Assembly (NCBI GenBank): GCA_030670005.1
Contig: DAOVCL010000002.1
Location: forward strand, 1-34,912
DNA: 34,912 bases
Origin: Candidatus Zixiibacteriota bacterium
GTDB taxonomy: Bacteria; SM23-81; DAOVCL01
Direction of reading: 5' to 3'
Below, one piece after another: positions 16,828 through 25,535 of this stretch (the stretch's first letter is position 1; each line of letters begins with the position of its first letter). Made by a program: the position numbers and the translations under genes. The notes below the pieces were generated by a model. That model saw nothing but the letters and a program-made list of their open reading frames with translations. It was not told the origin of the DNA and made no database searches.

Positions 16828-17637
16828 TCATTTGTGTTCGTAGAGGTGTACATCTTGTTGAGGGAATGGGATGGAGATTCCCTCAGCATCGAACCGCTTT
16901 TTCACATTTTCTGTTGTGTCAAAGTACACATCCCAGTAGTCCTCCGTCTTGACCCACAGGCGAACCACAAAATTTACGCTGCTGTCTGCGAGCTCCTTGA
17001 CGGCGATCATCGAAGCGGGATCCTGCAGGATACGACTATCTTTCTTCACAATATCCTGCAAGACTTGCTTTACCTTCTGGAGGTCATCTGTATAACTTAC
17101 ACCGACTACCAGATCCACACGTCTCGTATCCTTAGCAGAATAATTGATGATGTTGTCTCCCATCAACTTGGCGTTAGGTATAATGACTGTCTTATTGTCT
17201 AGGGTCCTGAGTTGAGTGGTAAAGATATGAATTTCTTCAACAATCCCGGTAGCTCCCGCGCCCTCGATGAAATGACCTACCTTGAACGGACGGAATACGA
17301 TCATAAGAAAGCCAGCAGCGAAATTTGCCAGCCCGCCCTGCAACGCTAAACCGACGGCAAGACCAGCAGCACCGATAACGGCTATAAATGAGGTAGTTTG
17401 AATTCCAAGCTGGGCAAGCGCCGCTATGATGACAAAGGTCAGTAATGCAATGTAGGCCAGATTGCCGACAAAGGAGATAAGAGTAGGGTCTATATTTCTT
17501 TTGATCAGTATTTTCTTTACAAGTTTTCTGATTGCCTTTGCAATCCAGCGGCCAACGATGAGAACAATAATCGCCGCCACAATCTTAAGACCATAGAATG
17601 CTCCCCATTCCTGCAATTTTGCGATGATAGCATCCAT
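16828..17637 (-). CDS. mscS: Small-conductance mechanosensitive channel (MscS family)
   Basis: 269 aa with three N-terminal TM helices. The pore helix is AAGLAVGLALQGGLANFAAGFLMIVFRPFKVGHFIE. The beta domain is GIVEEIHIFTTQLRTLDNKTVIIPNAKL. Confidence 0.88.
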   Translation of the reverse strand: MDAIIAKLQEWGAFYGLKIVAAIIVLIVGRWIAKAIRKLVKKILIKRNIDPTLISFVGNLAYIALLTFVIIAALAQLGIQTTSFIAVIGAAGLAVGLALQGGLANFAAGFLMIVFRPFKVGHFIEGAGATGIVEEIHIFTTQLRTLDNKTVIIPNAKLMGDNIINYSAKDTRRVDLVVGVSYTDDLQKVKQVLQDIVKKDSRILQDPASMIAVKELADSSVNFVVRLWVKTEDYWDVYFDTTENVKKRFDAEGISIPFPQQDVHLYEHK

Positions 17638-17829
17638 AAAATGCCCCCTTCCTGTCTTTGCTATTCATAAATCAGGTATGAGAAAACCGAAAAAAGCATA
17701 AAACTACTAATAAAGCTTCGTTAGGCACAGTTATCCGACCAGATGCGTCTTCCCTTCAGTAGGGTCTTAAGATCTTGGGTGAAACAATAGCTTGGTCTAA
17801 CGAAAATAGACGATCATATCGCTTCGTGA

Positions 17830-17857
17830 ATACAGGGGGGGCTAACCCCCCCTGTAT
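17830..17857 (-). terminator. 12-bp GC-rich hairpin immediately after the lipoprotein gene stop
   Basis: ATACAGGGGGGG-ctaa-CCCCCCCTGTAT. There is no clear U-tract. Confidence 0.35.
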
Positions 17858-18717
17858 CACCTCCTTTTATACTGCGGGTTATTAGGATCTGGCTGATAAG
17901 CTGCCTTGAACCTTATCCAGTTATGACTCTCATCATCGATGCCTGTTATTTGAATCTTTGCGTAGTGGTTATCTCCTGTCCTTACAGCGTAGACATGTCC
18001 CATAAGTGCCTCGATCGAATGGCCAGACTCCGCATAACCATTCGTAGGTGCCTCATCAGCATCGTCCCAATCACTCATGTAACCAATATCCTGAACCTCG
18101 CCCCCGTTTATCCCGTCTATCCACGCACGCACCCCTGCTCCAGGATTGAATCGCTCGCACATTATATCTCCGTCACCTGAGGGGGTATCATAATTGGCAT
18201 CTAAACCAGTACAGTCAACCACGCTGAAATCTGAAAACTCAAACCCTGCCTTTGTCTGGTCAGACTGATAAGCGTAAATAGTTTCCTCACCCGTAGTCTC
18301 ATCCCGTGGAGTATCTTCTATAATATTGCTCGTGTAACTGGTCTTACTCCAGTCATCCATAGAAGCTACCACAAGGAAGGAATATGTAACCCCATTCTGC
18401 AGCCCTTCTATATCCACCCAGATCTGGTCTGCGCATGGGGCATCAACCCCCAGAGAGTCGACCTGAACAAATTGCCCCGGGATAGTCTCCCCTGGATCCC
18501 CTTCATACTCCCCCTCAGCGTAATAAATTCTGTACCCGTTCAGCTCATCCTCGTAGTTACTGCACCACCAGAATAGAGTAACCTTCTCATCTCCTGTTAT
18601 GCTGCTCAACCCAAGAGGTGGAGGAAGTTTGGATGGGGCTACTATTTCTTCCTTCTTGGTACATCCTGAAATCAAAAGTAACAATAACATCCCTGAAACT
18701 GCGAAAATTGATCTCAT
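17857..18717 (-). CDS. Lipoprotein of unknown function (possible Ig/FN3-like N-terminal domain)
   Basis: AGGAGG lies 6 nt before the ATG at 18717. The signal peptide and lipobox are MRSIFAVSGMLLLLLISGC. The track ORF (to 18831) runs in frame into an upstream mscL stub. Confidence 0.6.
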   Translation of the reverse strand: MRSIFAVSGMLLLLLISGCTKKEEIVAPSKLPPPLGLSSITGDEKVTLFWWCSNYEDELNGYRIYYAEGEYEGDPGETIPGQFVQVDSLGVDAPCADQIWVDIEGLQNGVTYSFLVVASMDDWSKTSYTSNIIEDTPRDETTGEETIYAYQSDQTKAGFEFSDFSVVDCTGLDANYDTPSGDGDIMCERFNPGAGVRAWIDGINGGEVQDIGYMSDWDDADEAPTNGYAESGHSIEALMGHVYAVRTGDNHYAKIQITGIDDESHNWIRFKAAYQPDPNNPQYKRR

Positions 18718-18762
18718 ATTGCCTCCTTTTTTATTGCTAATTCGATGGTTTTTTCCCCTCTC

Positions 18763-18831
18763 CCCTATGATTCCCACAGCCAAGTCAACCGGGTTGAGCT
18801 GCGTGGCAAATTCCTTAAACTCTTTTAACAT
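18763..18831 (-). pseudogene. mscL: N-terminal stub of the large-conductance mechanosensitive channel gene mscL
   Basis: MLKEFKEFATQLNPVDLAVGIIG matches the conserved MscL N-terminus M-x-KEFKEFAxRGNVVDLAVGVIIG. It has its own AGGAGGTG RBS. Similarity ends after about 23 codons. Confidence 0.55.
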
Positions 18832-18977
18832 AATGACACCTCCTGTAAAGTTGGTTTGTAGATTTGGGTTTGGTCTGAGTCGCCACGCTATGCCTTATTT
18901 TATATCACCTCCTTTCAACCCCCAGATACTCATCACATTGTTCATCTATTCCTCCTGCCCTCTACCCTATAGGATCA

Positions 18978-19850
18978 TCAGTTCAGCTTGTATGTCAGTC
19001 CCAGTGACAGGGTTTGCTTGAAGCGTCCCCCCAGGTCGACCTCCTTGTCGTAGAGAAGCTGCATATAGAGGTTCACCATCAGGTATTTGGTAATGTTGGC
19101 CGTGAATGTGTTCTCCCAGTTGACATCTGGAGATTTCCAATCGTTATTATTATCATCCGATTCTGAGGAGAACAGTGCCCTAAATACGGTAAGTTTGCTG
19201 GTGTAAGTAATTCGCTCCTGAGCCATTGAAGTCTTGAACCCGGTATCGAATACCAAGCCGCCGTCGTTGCTCGTCTGGGTCTCGCGCTCGTTAGTTAGCG
19301 TATCCACCAGCATATCTCGATTCAGGTGCTGCCTCAGCCCGGCGCCGAAACGAGCAGTCCACTCACGCTTCTCCTCTTTGATCAGAACCTTAGCCACGCC
19401 GAAACTTTCGGTGAAGGTAACCGGATTTAGGAATCGGTTCTTCAATGTGTCGCTAATGTCAAGAAACTGGGTTTCTACCCTACCGGAGGCAAAAGGATCC
19501 ACGAATCCCCCCAAGGTGAAGCGGAGAACCGACTCAAAGTCAATGAGATCAGTCGATTTCATTGGCTTGGCCCAGGCCTTAGTCTCCTTGTCCTGGTTAT
19601 GGGTTTGACCAAAAGAAAGCTTGAGGGTGTTTTTGTTGTGAACCTTGGCATAAAGCTGTTTCTCTGCGAGAGAGTTAGAGTTGAATGTCCAGGAGAGGGC
19701 ACCTACCTCCCCTCCAACCCAATTGTTGCTGTATGCATTCTGCGTCAGCGTGAGGTTAGCGTCAACCGCTATTGTCCAGGGCTCTGCTAAGATGGACAAG
19801 GGCATGGCAATAACCAACACAGCCACCGCTACGATAAACAGATTCCTCAT
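18978..19850 (-). CDS. Outer-membrane beta-barrel protein, DUF3078-like
   Basis: Signal peptide MRNLFIVAVAVLVIAMPLSILA. The motif QNAYSNNWVGGEVGALSW resembles the DUF3078 sNWxxGG block. Alternating beta-strand patterns end in LSLGLTYKLN. The family call is from memory. Confidence 0.55.
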   Translation of the reverse strand: MRNLFIVAVAVLVIAMPLSILAEPWTIAVDANLTLTQNAYSNNWVGGEVGALSWTFNSNSLAEKQLYAKVHNKNTLKLSFGQTHNQDKETKAWAKPMKSTDLIDFESVLRFTLGGFVDPFASGRVETQFLDISDTLKNRFLNPVTFTESFGVAKVLIKEEKREWTARFGAGLRQHLNRDMLVDTLTNERETQTSNDGGLVFDTGFKTSMAQERITYTSKLTVFRALFSSESDDNNNDWKSPDVNWENTFTANITKYLMVNLYMQLLYDKEVDLGGRFKQTLSLGLTYKLN

Positions 19851-20069
19851 TCTCCCCTCCTTTGTCCGATGGTTTTCCTTATCCGCTAAAACTTATTTAT
19901 GTCCGCTATAATTCCATTTTGAAGGATAACTGTCAACCAATACCTTGGTAAACAGTAGTTCGTCCCTTTAAAGCTTGTCTTTCTTCCTCTACTTTAACCA
20001 ACTCTAAAATCACCTTGGGCTTTGCCACTTAAGAGATTAAATCGAAAAGAACTATTACACTACTCTTTT

Positions 20070-20912
20070 CTAAAAGATGCTGAATTTTAGATACCTTTTG
20101 GGGTTTTGCTTGATATCCTTGACCAGGCTATCCAGGTTCTGGCTCAGGCTCTTTAGGTTCTCGTATAGGGCCTCATCCTGGGAGAGCTTCCCCAGGGTTC
20201 CACTTCCCTGCTCCATCCTTCCTGCTATCTCCTTTAAGGAGGAGGATACCTGGGCCAGATTTTCGGTTGCCTCCCTTAAAGAGCCTAAGGTTGCCTCTAT
20301 ATCCTCTCCCTTCAGGCCTGATGATGTCTGGGCAAGGTGGACCAGTAAGGTGTCTAAGGTCTCCCCGTTCTCCTTCAGCCTTTGGGTAAAATCCCTCAGA
20401 TCGCTCAGGCTCCCTTGAATATTTACCCGGGTCTCCTGGCTGAGGACCAATTTCAGCCTGGCCAGGACATCCATCAGGTCTTCCCCCACTGGGCCAACGG
20501 TGGAGGTTAAGGCAGAGAGTGGGGATTCATAGACCCCAGCGATATAATCGCCATCCTTGAGGATCTCAGAGCTCTGCCCCGGCTCAATGGCCATCTCCTT
20601 CCTTCCAAACAGGCTTGAGCTCCTCAACCTGACTATAGAGTCAAAGGGAAGGCGAAGATCAGATTCGATCCGAAGAGGAACTAATACCTCCTCCCCCTGC
20701 AGGGACATCTTCCCTACTCTCCCTACCCCCATCCCCATCACGGTGACCCTATCCCCCTGCATCAATCCGCCAACATTTCTCAGCTTCGTCTTCAGCACAT
20801 ACCTATGTCTCCTTATCGACACCCCTCTGAGGAACATATCCCCTAAGAGGAAGACCAGGAAGGCAATGATGATGGCCATACCAACCTTCGTCTCCGTCTT
20901 AAACCTTCTCAT
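20070..20912 (-). CDS. mlaD: MlaD/MCE-family lipid-transport substrate-binding protein with a coiled-coil tail
   Basis: MRRFKTETKVGMAIIIAFLVFLLG forms the anchor. The MCE domain is LKTKLRNVGGLMQGDRVTVMGMGVGRVGKMSL. GGGGGAAT precedes the ATG at 20912. The gene lies downstream of mlaE and mlaF. Confidence 0.8.
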   Translation of the reverse strand: MRRFKTETKVGMAIIIAFLVFLLGDMFLRGVSIRRHRYVLKTKLRNVGGLMQGDRVTVMGMGVGRVGKMSLQGEEVLVPLRIESDLRLPFDSIVRLRSSSLFGRKEMAIEPGQSSEILKDGDYIAGVYESPLSALTSTVGPVGEDLMDVLARLKLVLSQETRVNIQGSLSDLRDFTQRLKENGETLDTLLVHLAQTSSGLKGEDIEATLGSLREATENLAQVSSSLKEIAGRMEQGSGTLGKLSQDEALYENLKSLSQNLDSLVKDIKQNPKRYLKFSIF

Positions 20913-20975
20913 ATTCCCCCCTTCCATACTTTGAGCTAACCACAAATTGTCTCACTACCGGATCATCTGCACTCA

Positions 20976-21661
20976 TTAGCTCCTCAGCTCCTCCGGGGTT
21001 CCCTCAAACCTAATCACCCCCTGGTGTAGCATAGCCATCCGATCGGCCATCCGAGAAACAACAGCGATGTCATGGGTAACTATAATAGAGGTAACAGACA
21101 GCTTCCGGTTTAGGTAATCAATAAGTTGGTGTATCCTTCCGGCGGTGTGATCGGATCAAGGCCGGTGTTAGGCTCGTCATAGAGGAGGAATTGGGGGTCC
21201 ATAGCTATGGCCCTGGCGAAAGCCACCCTCTTCTTCATCCCTCCGGAGAGCTGGGCGGGGTACTTATCCTCCACCCCTTCTAACCCCACATGGCTCAAAC
21301 ACCAGCCTATTTTTTTTCTTATCTCCTCCTCGGAAATCCTTGTATGCCTCCGTAGACCCAGGCCTACATTCTCATCCACGGTAAGGGAGTCAAATAGGGC
21401 AGAGCCCTGAAAGACCATACCAAATCTCTTCCTTATCTCCACCAATTCCTTATATTTAATCTTGGTTATATCTTGGCCATCAAGGAGAACAGAACCGGAG
21501 TCTGGTTTCAGGAGACCGATTATTATCTTCAAAAGGACGCTCTTTCCACAGCCGCTCTCCCCTATTATGGCCACAGTCTTCCCCTCACTGATCGATAGAT
21601 CAACCCCCCCGAGCACCTGAAGCTCCCCAAAGCTTTTTACCAGACCCATTAGCTCTATCAA
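20976..21661 (-). CDS. mlaF: ABC transporter ATP-binding protein MlaF, apparent frameshift near 21146 (pseudogene or assembly error)
   Basis: The TTG start at 21661 gives MIELMGLVKSFG. Walker A is GESGCGKS, the signature is LSGGMKKRVAFARA and Walker B is FLLYDEPNTGLDPIT. The frame then breaks. The remainder (AGRIHQLIDYLNRKLSVTSIIVTHDIAVVSRMADRMAMLHQGVIRFEGTPEELRS-stop at 20976) is in another frame. Confidence 0.8.
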
Positions 21662-21663
21662 AA

Positions 21664-22436
21664 CTAAAACCCCAAAAGGGTAGAGGCCCAGAAATAGTCT
21701 AAGATCAGTATGATGATAGAGGCGATAACCACTGACTGGTTGCAGCCCTCCCCACACCCTCTGCCCCCTGACGGGCATAATAACCCTCATAACAACTGAC
21801 AAAGGTTATGGTCAAACCGAAAAACACTGCCTTGATTAGGCCAAAGCTGAGATCAAATGTCTGGTAGACCGACTTAAAGCCGTAGAAGAACTGACGGGTG
21901 GTAACATTCGTCTTTGCTATAGAGGTTAACCAACCGGCGGTTATCCCAACGGCATCGGCAAAGATGGTGAGGACTGGGACCATAATCATCCCCGCCACCA
22001 CCCGAGGGAGAATGAGATAAGAAACTGGGTTGAAGGCCAAAGACTCCAGGGCATCTATCTGCTCAGTAACCCTCATCGTTCCCAGTTCAGCGGCAATGGT
22101 GGCTCCCACCTTACCTACCAAGATGAAGGCAGCCAGAAGGGGGCCAAACTCCAGAAAGATAGTTTTCTCCATAGTGCTCCCCAGAAAGTATAAGGGAGCG
22201 TAGCTCTTCAGGTTGTAGGCGGTCTGCACCGAGACGGTCATACCGGCCAAGATGGAGATGAAAAAGATAATGGTCAAAGACCTGTTCCCAATGACCAACA
22301 TCTGCTTGGCCAGGGGCTTGGAGTAAGTGCGAAAATCAGGAACGGCCTTCAATATCTCCCAGAGAAGCTTAACCATCCTTCCCAGATGGAAGGAAAACTT
22401 TATTACCTCCTTACCGATAAAGGAAATTGGATTCAT
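21664..22436 (-). CDS. mlaE: ABC transporter permease MlaE, apparent frameshift near 21733..21740 (pseudogene or assembly error)
   Basis: MNPISFIGKEV... through ...VSCYEGYYARQGAEGVGRAATS reads as MlaE. The conserved tail VVIASIIILILDYFWASTLLGF-TAG (stop at 21664..21666) is in a different frame from the track ORF (21705..22559). Confidence 0.8.
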
Positions 22437-22479
22437 AGCTATATGGCTCAGGGGACCAGAGGTCCCCTGAGCCTTCCCC

Positions 22480-22635
22480 TTAAGCTGATTTGCTTCTGCA
22501 CCGCCCACCCCAGACCCCCAGAATGAGCACCACAATACCTGTAATAAGAAGGGGCACAAAGCTCCTCAATCCGGGGACAAAGGAAACGATGATTATCCAA
22601 ACCCCTATGATGGCATTAATCCAGGTCCGCCACAT
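22480..22635 (-). CDS. 51-aa two-TM small membrane protein (below the ORF-track size cut-off)
   Basis: AAAGGAGGTG lies 6 nt before the ATG at 22635. The product is MWRTWINAIIGVWIIIVSFVPGLRSFVPLLITGIVVLILGVWGGRCRSKSA. It sits directly upstream of mlaE. Confidence 0.4.
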   Translation of the reverse strand: MWRTWINAIIGVWIIIVSFVPGLRSFVPLLITGIVVLILGVWGGRCRSKSA

Positions 22636-23276
22636 ACTTTTTCACCTCCTTTCTGATCCGAGCACAACGTCTATTTACCCGTCTTGCCCTTTATATCAAA
22701 TTATTGGGAAATCTGCAAGGCTTTTTTAAAAATTTGAAATCAAATACCCAAATTTCACTAATCCAGACTTCGTCAAACCGTTTCCCTTGTGAGTTTTAAA
22801 CTGCGTTTCTACAATGAGTTACAGGATGGCTCTCAAAATTGGACAAATTAACTTTCTAAAAAGACCCGAATTTGACTTGGCTTTGTTGGATTAGCAACAA
22901 ACAACATTTAGGAGAAATGTCATTATAAATCGATGTCCTAATTGAACGAAGTCAAACTAAAGCCTTATAGCGCAAATCTTGCTATTGACGCTAACTTTCA
23001 CAAGAGGAAGTGTCCAAAAAAAAGGGGCTTAATTACAGCTCAATTTGACCAGGTCTCTAATCCGTGCTCCCAGAATGATCGCTCTGGGCTTCTCCGAGCG
23101 GAGAGCATCCGCTGTGACCTTTTAACCCAGATGGATCTTCACACCCAGCCATTTGGCGGTAGTGGTAGATTTGGAGGGTCGAGACCTCGCCGGTGAAGTG
23201 GGTCAAATTGGTGGCAACGGATAGGAAGAGGATCCGGTTTTTTCGGCCAGTGCCCCTATCCCACCATCCGGGAAAA

Positions 23277-23465
23277 GCATTACTATTCAGGTCACAATAT
23301 AGTTCGCACATTGGTATTTCAAGGGTCATTGCGAGGCTCGTCCCCAGCGCAAGCGAGGGAACTCGACGAGCAATCTCATAGTCTCAACCCCCATTCAGGG
23401 GTTTGGATTGCTTTGCTGTTCCCTCACTTCATTCGGGGCTACGGCTCACTGCAACGACTTGTAAT
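23277..23465 (+). repeat. Long-hairpin 'cattgcgag' repeat element, copy 2 (full-length arms)
   Basis: It has the same leader and left arm as 16631..16792. The right arm gttccctcacttcattcggggctacggctcactgcaacgac is the imperfect complement of gtcattgcgaggctcgtccccagcgcaagcgagggaac. Confidence 0.65.
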
Positions 23466-23557
23466 CTATTGGAATCATCCACCAAAGTCATCCTTGAATA
23501 TCGTCATCAGAAGATATGTTTCGCTCCCCTCTTCTATCTAAGGAAATTCCCTCCCTT

Positions 23558-24067
23558 CTACCTCTTTCCCTGTTCCAGCTTGGCCAGCCTCTGCTGGGCC
23601 TCGGCCAACTGCCGCCTCAGGGCAACCATCTCCTCCTTCAACCTGGATATCTCATCTCCCTCGAACTCCCCAGGGGGAGGTGCCATCTTTTTTTCCCTAC
23701 CCCCATGGGCCTTGCTTTCATCGCAAGGTTCCGCCCCTCCAATCCTTTTTTCCAGATAGGCCTCTACCACATCCTTGACCTTACCGCTAACTCCTGTGAT
23801 GGGTTCGATGCCAAAATCCTGGAAGAACTGCATAGCCCGGTAACCCATACCTCCGGCAATGATCACCTGGGCCCCCTGGCTATGAATGAAGCTGGGGACC
23901 TGACCCGGCTGTCCGTGCTCTCCATAGAAGGGATTGGAAACGGACTTCGCCTCTTTGATCTCCCTTCCCTTCACATCCACCAGGATATAGTAGGGACAAC
24001 GACCGAAGTGGTAGCTTAAGACAGCGTCCAGTCCCCGATCATCATCGGTAGCAACTGCGATACGCAT
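23558..24067 (-). CDS. NifB/NifX-family (dinitrogenase FeMo-cofactor-binding-like) protein with a C-terminal coiled-coil extension
   Basis: MRIAVATDDDRGLDAVLSYHFGRCPYYILVDV...VIIAGGMGYRAMQFFQDFGIEPITG. The tail is EISRLKEEMVALRRQLAEAQQRLAKLEQ. AAAGGAGG precedes the ATG at 24067. Confidence 0.8.
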   Translation of the reverse strand: MRIAVATDDDRGLDAVLSYHFGRCPYYILVDVKGREIKEAKSVSNPFYGEHGQPGQVPSFIHSQGAQVIIAGGMGYRAMQFFQDFGIEPITGVSGKVKDVVEAYLEKRIGGAEPCDESKAHGGREKKMAPPPGEFEGDEISRLKEEMVALRRQLAEAQQRLAKLEQGKR

Positions 24068-24219
24068 CTTCTTTGCCTCCTTTGTCTGGTTTTTATCCAA
24101 AAATGTTGTCAAAAAACTCAATCCTTAGGTGATGTCACTTTCAAGAGAATCCAGACAGGATAAACCCCGCCTTACTGATTTCCATATCTTTAGTGATTCA
24201 AGAATTATCGTCACCCTAT

Positions 24220-24435
24220 TTATTTCCGGAACTTGTCCATTTCTCTCGATGAGGAAACTCTTGTTATCTCTAAGGTGATGTGTTGCTCAATATTCGCTGC
24301 AATCTGGGTGAAGGCTCTCGCCACTTCACTTCCACTATCACTTAAAATCGATAGATATCCACTATCTCCATCCAATTGCTTTATGCGATCTTGATTTTTT
24401 GCCGTGATCCCTCTGGTCACAAAACGGCTGGTCAA
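24220..24435 (-). pseudogene. Possible C-terminal remnant of an Mrp/NBP35- or MinD-type P-loop ATPase
   Basis: TTG-start ORF overlapping the arsR stop. ..DRIKQLDGDSGYLSILSDSGSEVARAFTQIAANIEQ resembles the C-terminal (D-x-G-x-P...s.p.s..A.aF..iA..l) block of these ATPases. No Walker A motif is present. Confidence 0.3.
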
Positions 24436-24797
24436 AGCTTAGCAAAGATGTTCCGTTGTCGTTCGGCCATATCCTTCAGAATCTTCGAAGCCGTATCCAA
24501 GATACTGAAGATCCGTTCGTCCACTACGGAGTAGTAATTATTTACACCTTCTTTCCGGCTGACTACAAGTCCCAGGCTCTTGAGAATTGCCAGATGGCGG
24601 GAGACTACGGAGAGATCCACCCTTAACTTTGGAGCTAAGTCACAGGTGCACTTTTCGCCTTTCCGTAGGAGTTTAAGGATTTCGATTCTCTGGTCACAGG
24701 CCAAGGCAGCAAAGAAGCGAGTCCTGGGATCCTCTCTATACCCTTGAAATCCTCCCCGACTCCTTCTCCCCCACATTTTTTTTAACTTATGCGGCAT
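24432..24797 (-). CDS. ArsR/SmtB-family metalloregulatory transcription factor
   Basis: The wHTH core is LACDQRIEILKLLRKGEKCTCDLAPKLRVDLSVVSRHLAILKSLGLVVSRKEGVNNYYS. The likely start is the ATG at 24797, because the longer track ORF reads through the operator palindrome. Confidence 0.8.
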   Translation of the reverse strand: MPHKLKKMWGRRSRGGFQGYREDPRTRFFAALACDQRIEILKLLRKGEKCTCDLAPKLRVDLSVVSRHLAILKSLGLVVSRKEGVNNYYSVVDERIFSILDTASKILKDMAERQRNIFAKL

Positions 24798-24806
24798 ATT
24801 GTTTGC

Positions 24807-24856
24807 TTTATTGCATAATCGTGCAATAAAGTAATAAAACAAAATTCATCTGTCAA
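24807..24856 (-). promoter_or_regulatory. Putative arsR promoter with an overlapping 9-6-9 palindromic operator
   Basis: On the minus strand: TTGACA (24851..24856), a 17-nt spacer, then TACTTT (24828..24833). The perfect inverted repeat TTTATTGCA-cgatta-TGCAATAAA spans 24807..24830, just upstream of the ATG. Confidence 0.4.
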
Positions 24857-24917
24857 GAGTTTTAAAAGCCTTTTTAGAAAAAATTTTAAGGTAGGAATTT
24901 CCAGGATTGAGATTGTG

Positions 24918-25112
24918 GTAACAGTTTACAGGGATCACCCCGTCCCGATGGGACCGGGATCCCTTAGGGAGCAGCCAGGCATTCGTCAGTTGTCTGTTGT
25001 CACGGATTTTTCCTGTTCCCTGGAAACTGATCTCCAAGAGCTAGATAAGAAATTTTGGTCTTCCGAATTTCCAATCCCTGACAACTGACCCCTGATCCCT
25101 GGGAACTGTTAC
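24918..25112. repeat. ~195-bp nested inverted-repeat element
   Basis: The outer arms are GTAACAGTTTACAGGGATC (24918..24936) and GATCCCTGGGAACTGTTAC (25094..25112). The inner arms are GTCAGTTGTC (24985..24994) and GACAACTGAC (25080..25089). Confidence 0.5.
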
Positions 25113-25242
25113 AATTATAGCTAAAAACTGATGGGATTTCAATCCCTTTTGGCTTGACAAGGGGGACAAATTTACTTTTTTTGCAGACAGTTCGCAACTT
25201 ATAACCACGGACCAGCACGGAAAAACAGGGAGCAGTAATAAG

Positions 25243-25408
25243 ACATTTCGGAATTTCTTAGAAATTCCGAAATGTAGAGGGTTGTTTGAAGGGGGTAAGC
25301 CCCCTTCAAGGGTGACAGCGGAACAATCCAAGCGAGCGGAGGATTGCGGGGCGCCAGAGGGGCGAGAGCCCCTATGGAGAACTTTCGCGACCGAAGGGAG
25401 CTAAGTTC
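25243..25408 (+). repeat. Structured ~165-nt repeat element, copy 2
   Basis: Direct copy of 1295..1458, with compensatory substitutions in two hairpins (TTGAAGGGGG/CCCCCTTCAA and AGGGGC-GAGA-GCCCCT). Confidence 0.75.
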
Positions 25409-25448
25409 TTTACAGGGATCAGGAATAGCCAGCATAAACCCCATTTTT

Positions 25449-25476
25449 AATTCTTAATTCATAATTCTTAATTCAT
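25449..25476. repeat. 14-bp tandem repeat (aattcttaattcat x2)
   Basis: Read directly. It is followed by a partial third unit, aatt. Confidence 0.6.
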
Positions 25477-25535
25477 AATTGCTGTTTTGTAAATCCGTGA
25501 GATTCCGTGGTGATTGTTACCTTTTTAGGTGAGAG

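Noticed and set aside
22640-23060. ~400-bp A+T-rich stretch with no ORFs upstream of the mla operon. I examined it for tRNA, CRISPR repeats or an obvious ncRNA.
   Set aside because: By eye I found no repeated spacer-repeat periodicity, no cloverleaf-compatible arms and no strong hairpins. It remains unexplained, but I have nothing concrete to report. A cmscan would be the proper test.
23057-23329. Minus-strand ORF (..GWWDRGTGRKNRILFLSVATNLTHFTGEVSTLQIYHYRQ..) as a possible C-terminal remnant of a RAYT/IS200-like transposase next to repeat copy 2.
   Set aside because: It shows only a loose spacing resemblance to the W-x-x-R ... NP-x-x-x-G-x-V ... Y-x-W-S-S tail of that family. That is too weak to call without a profile search.
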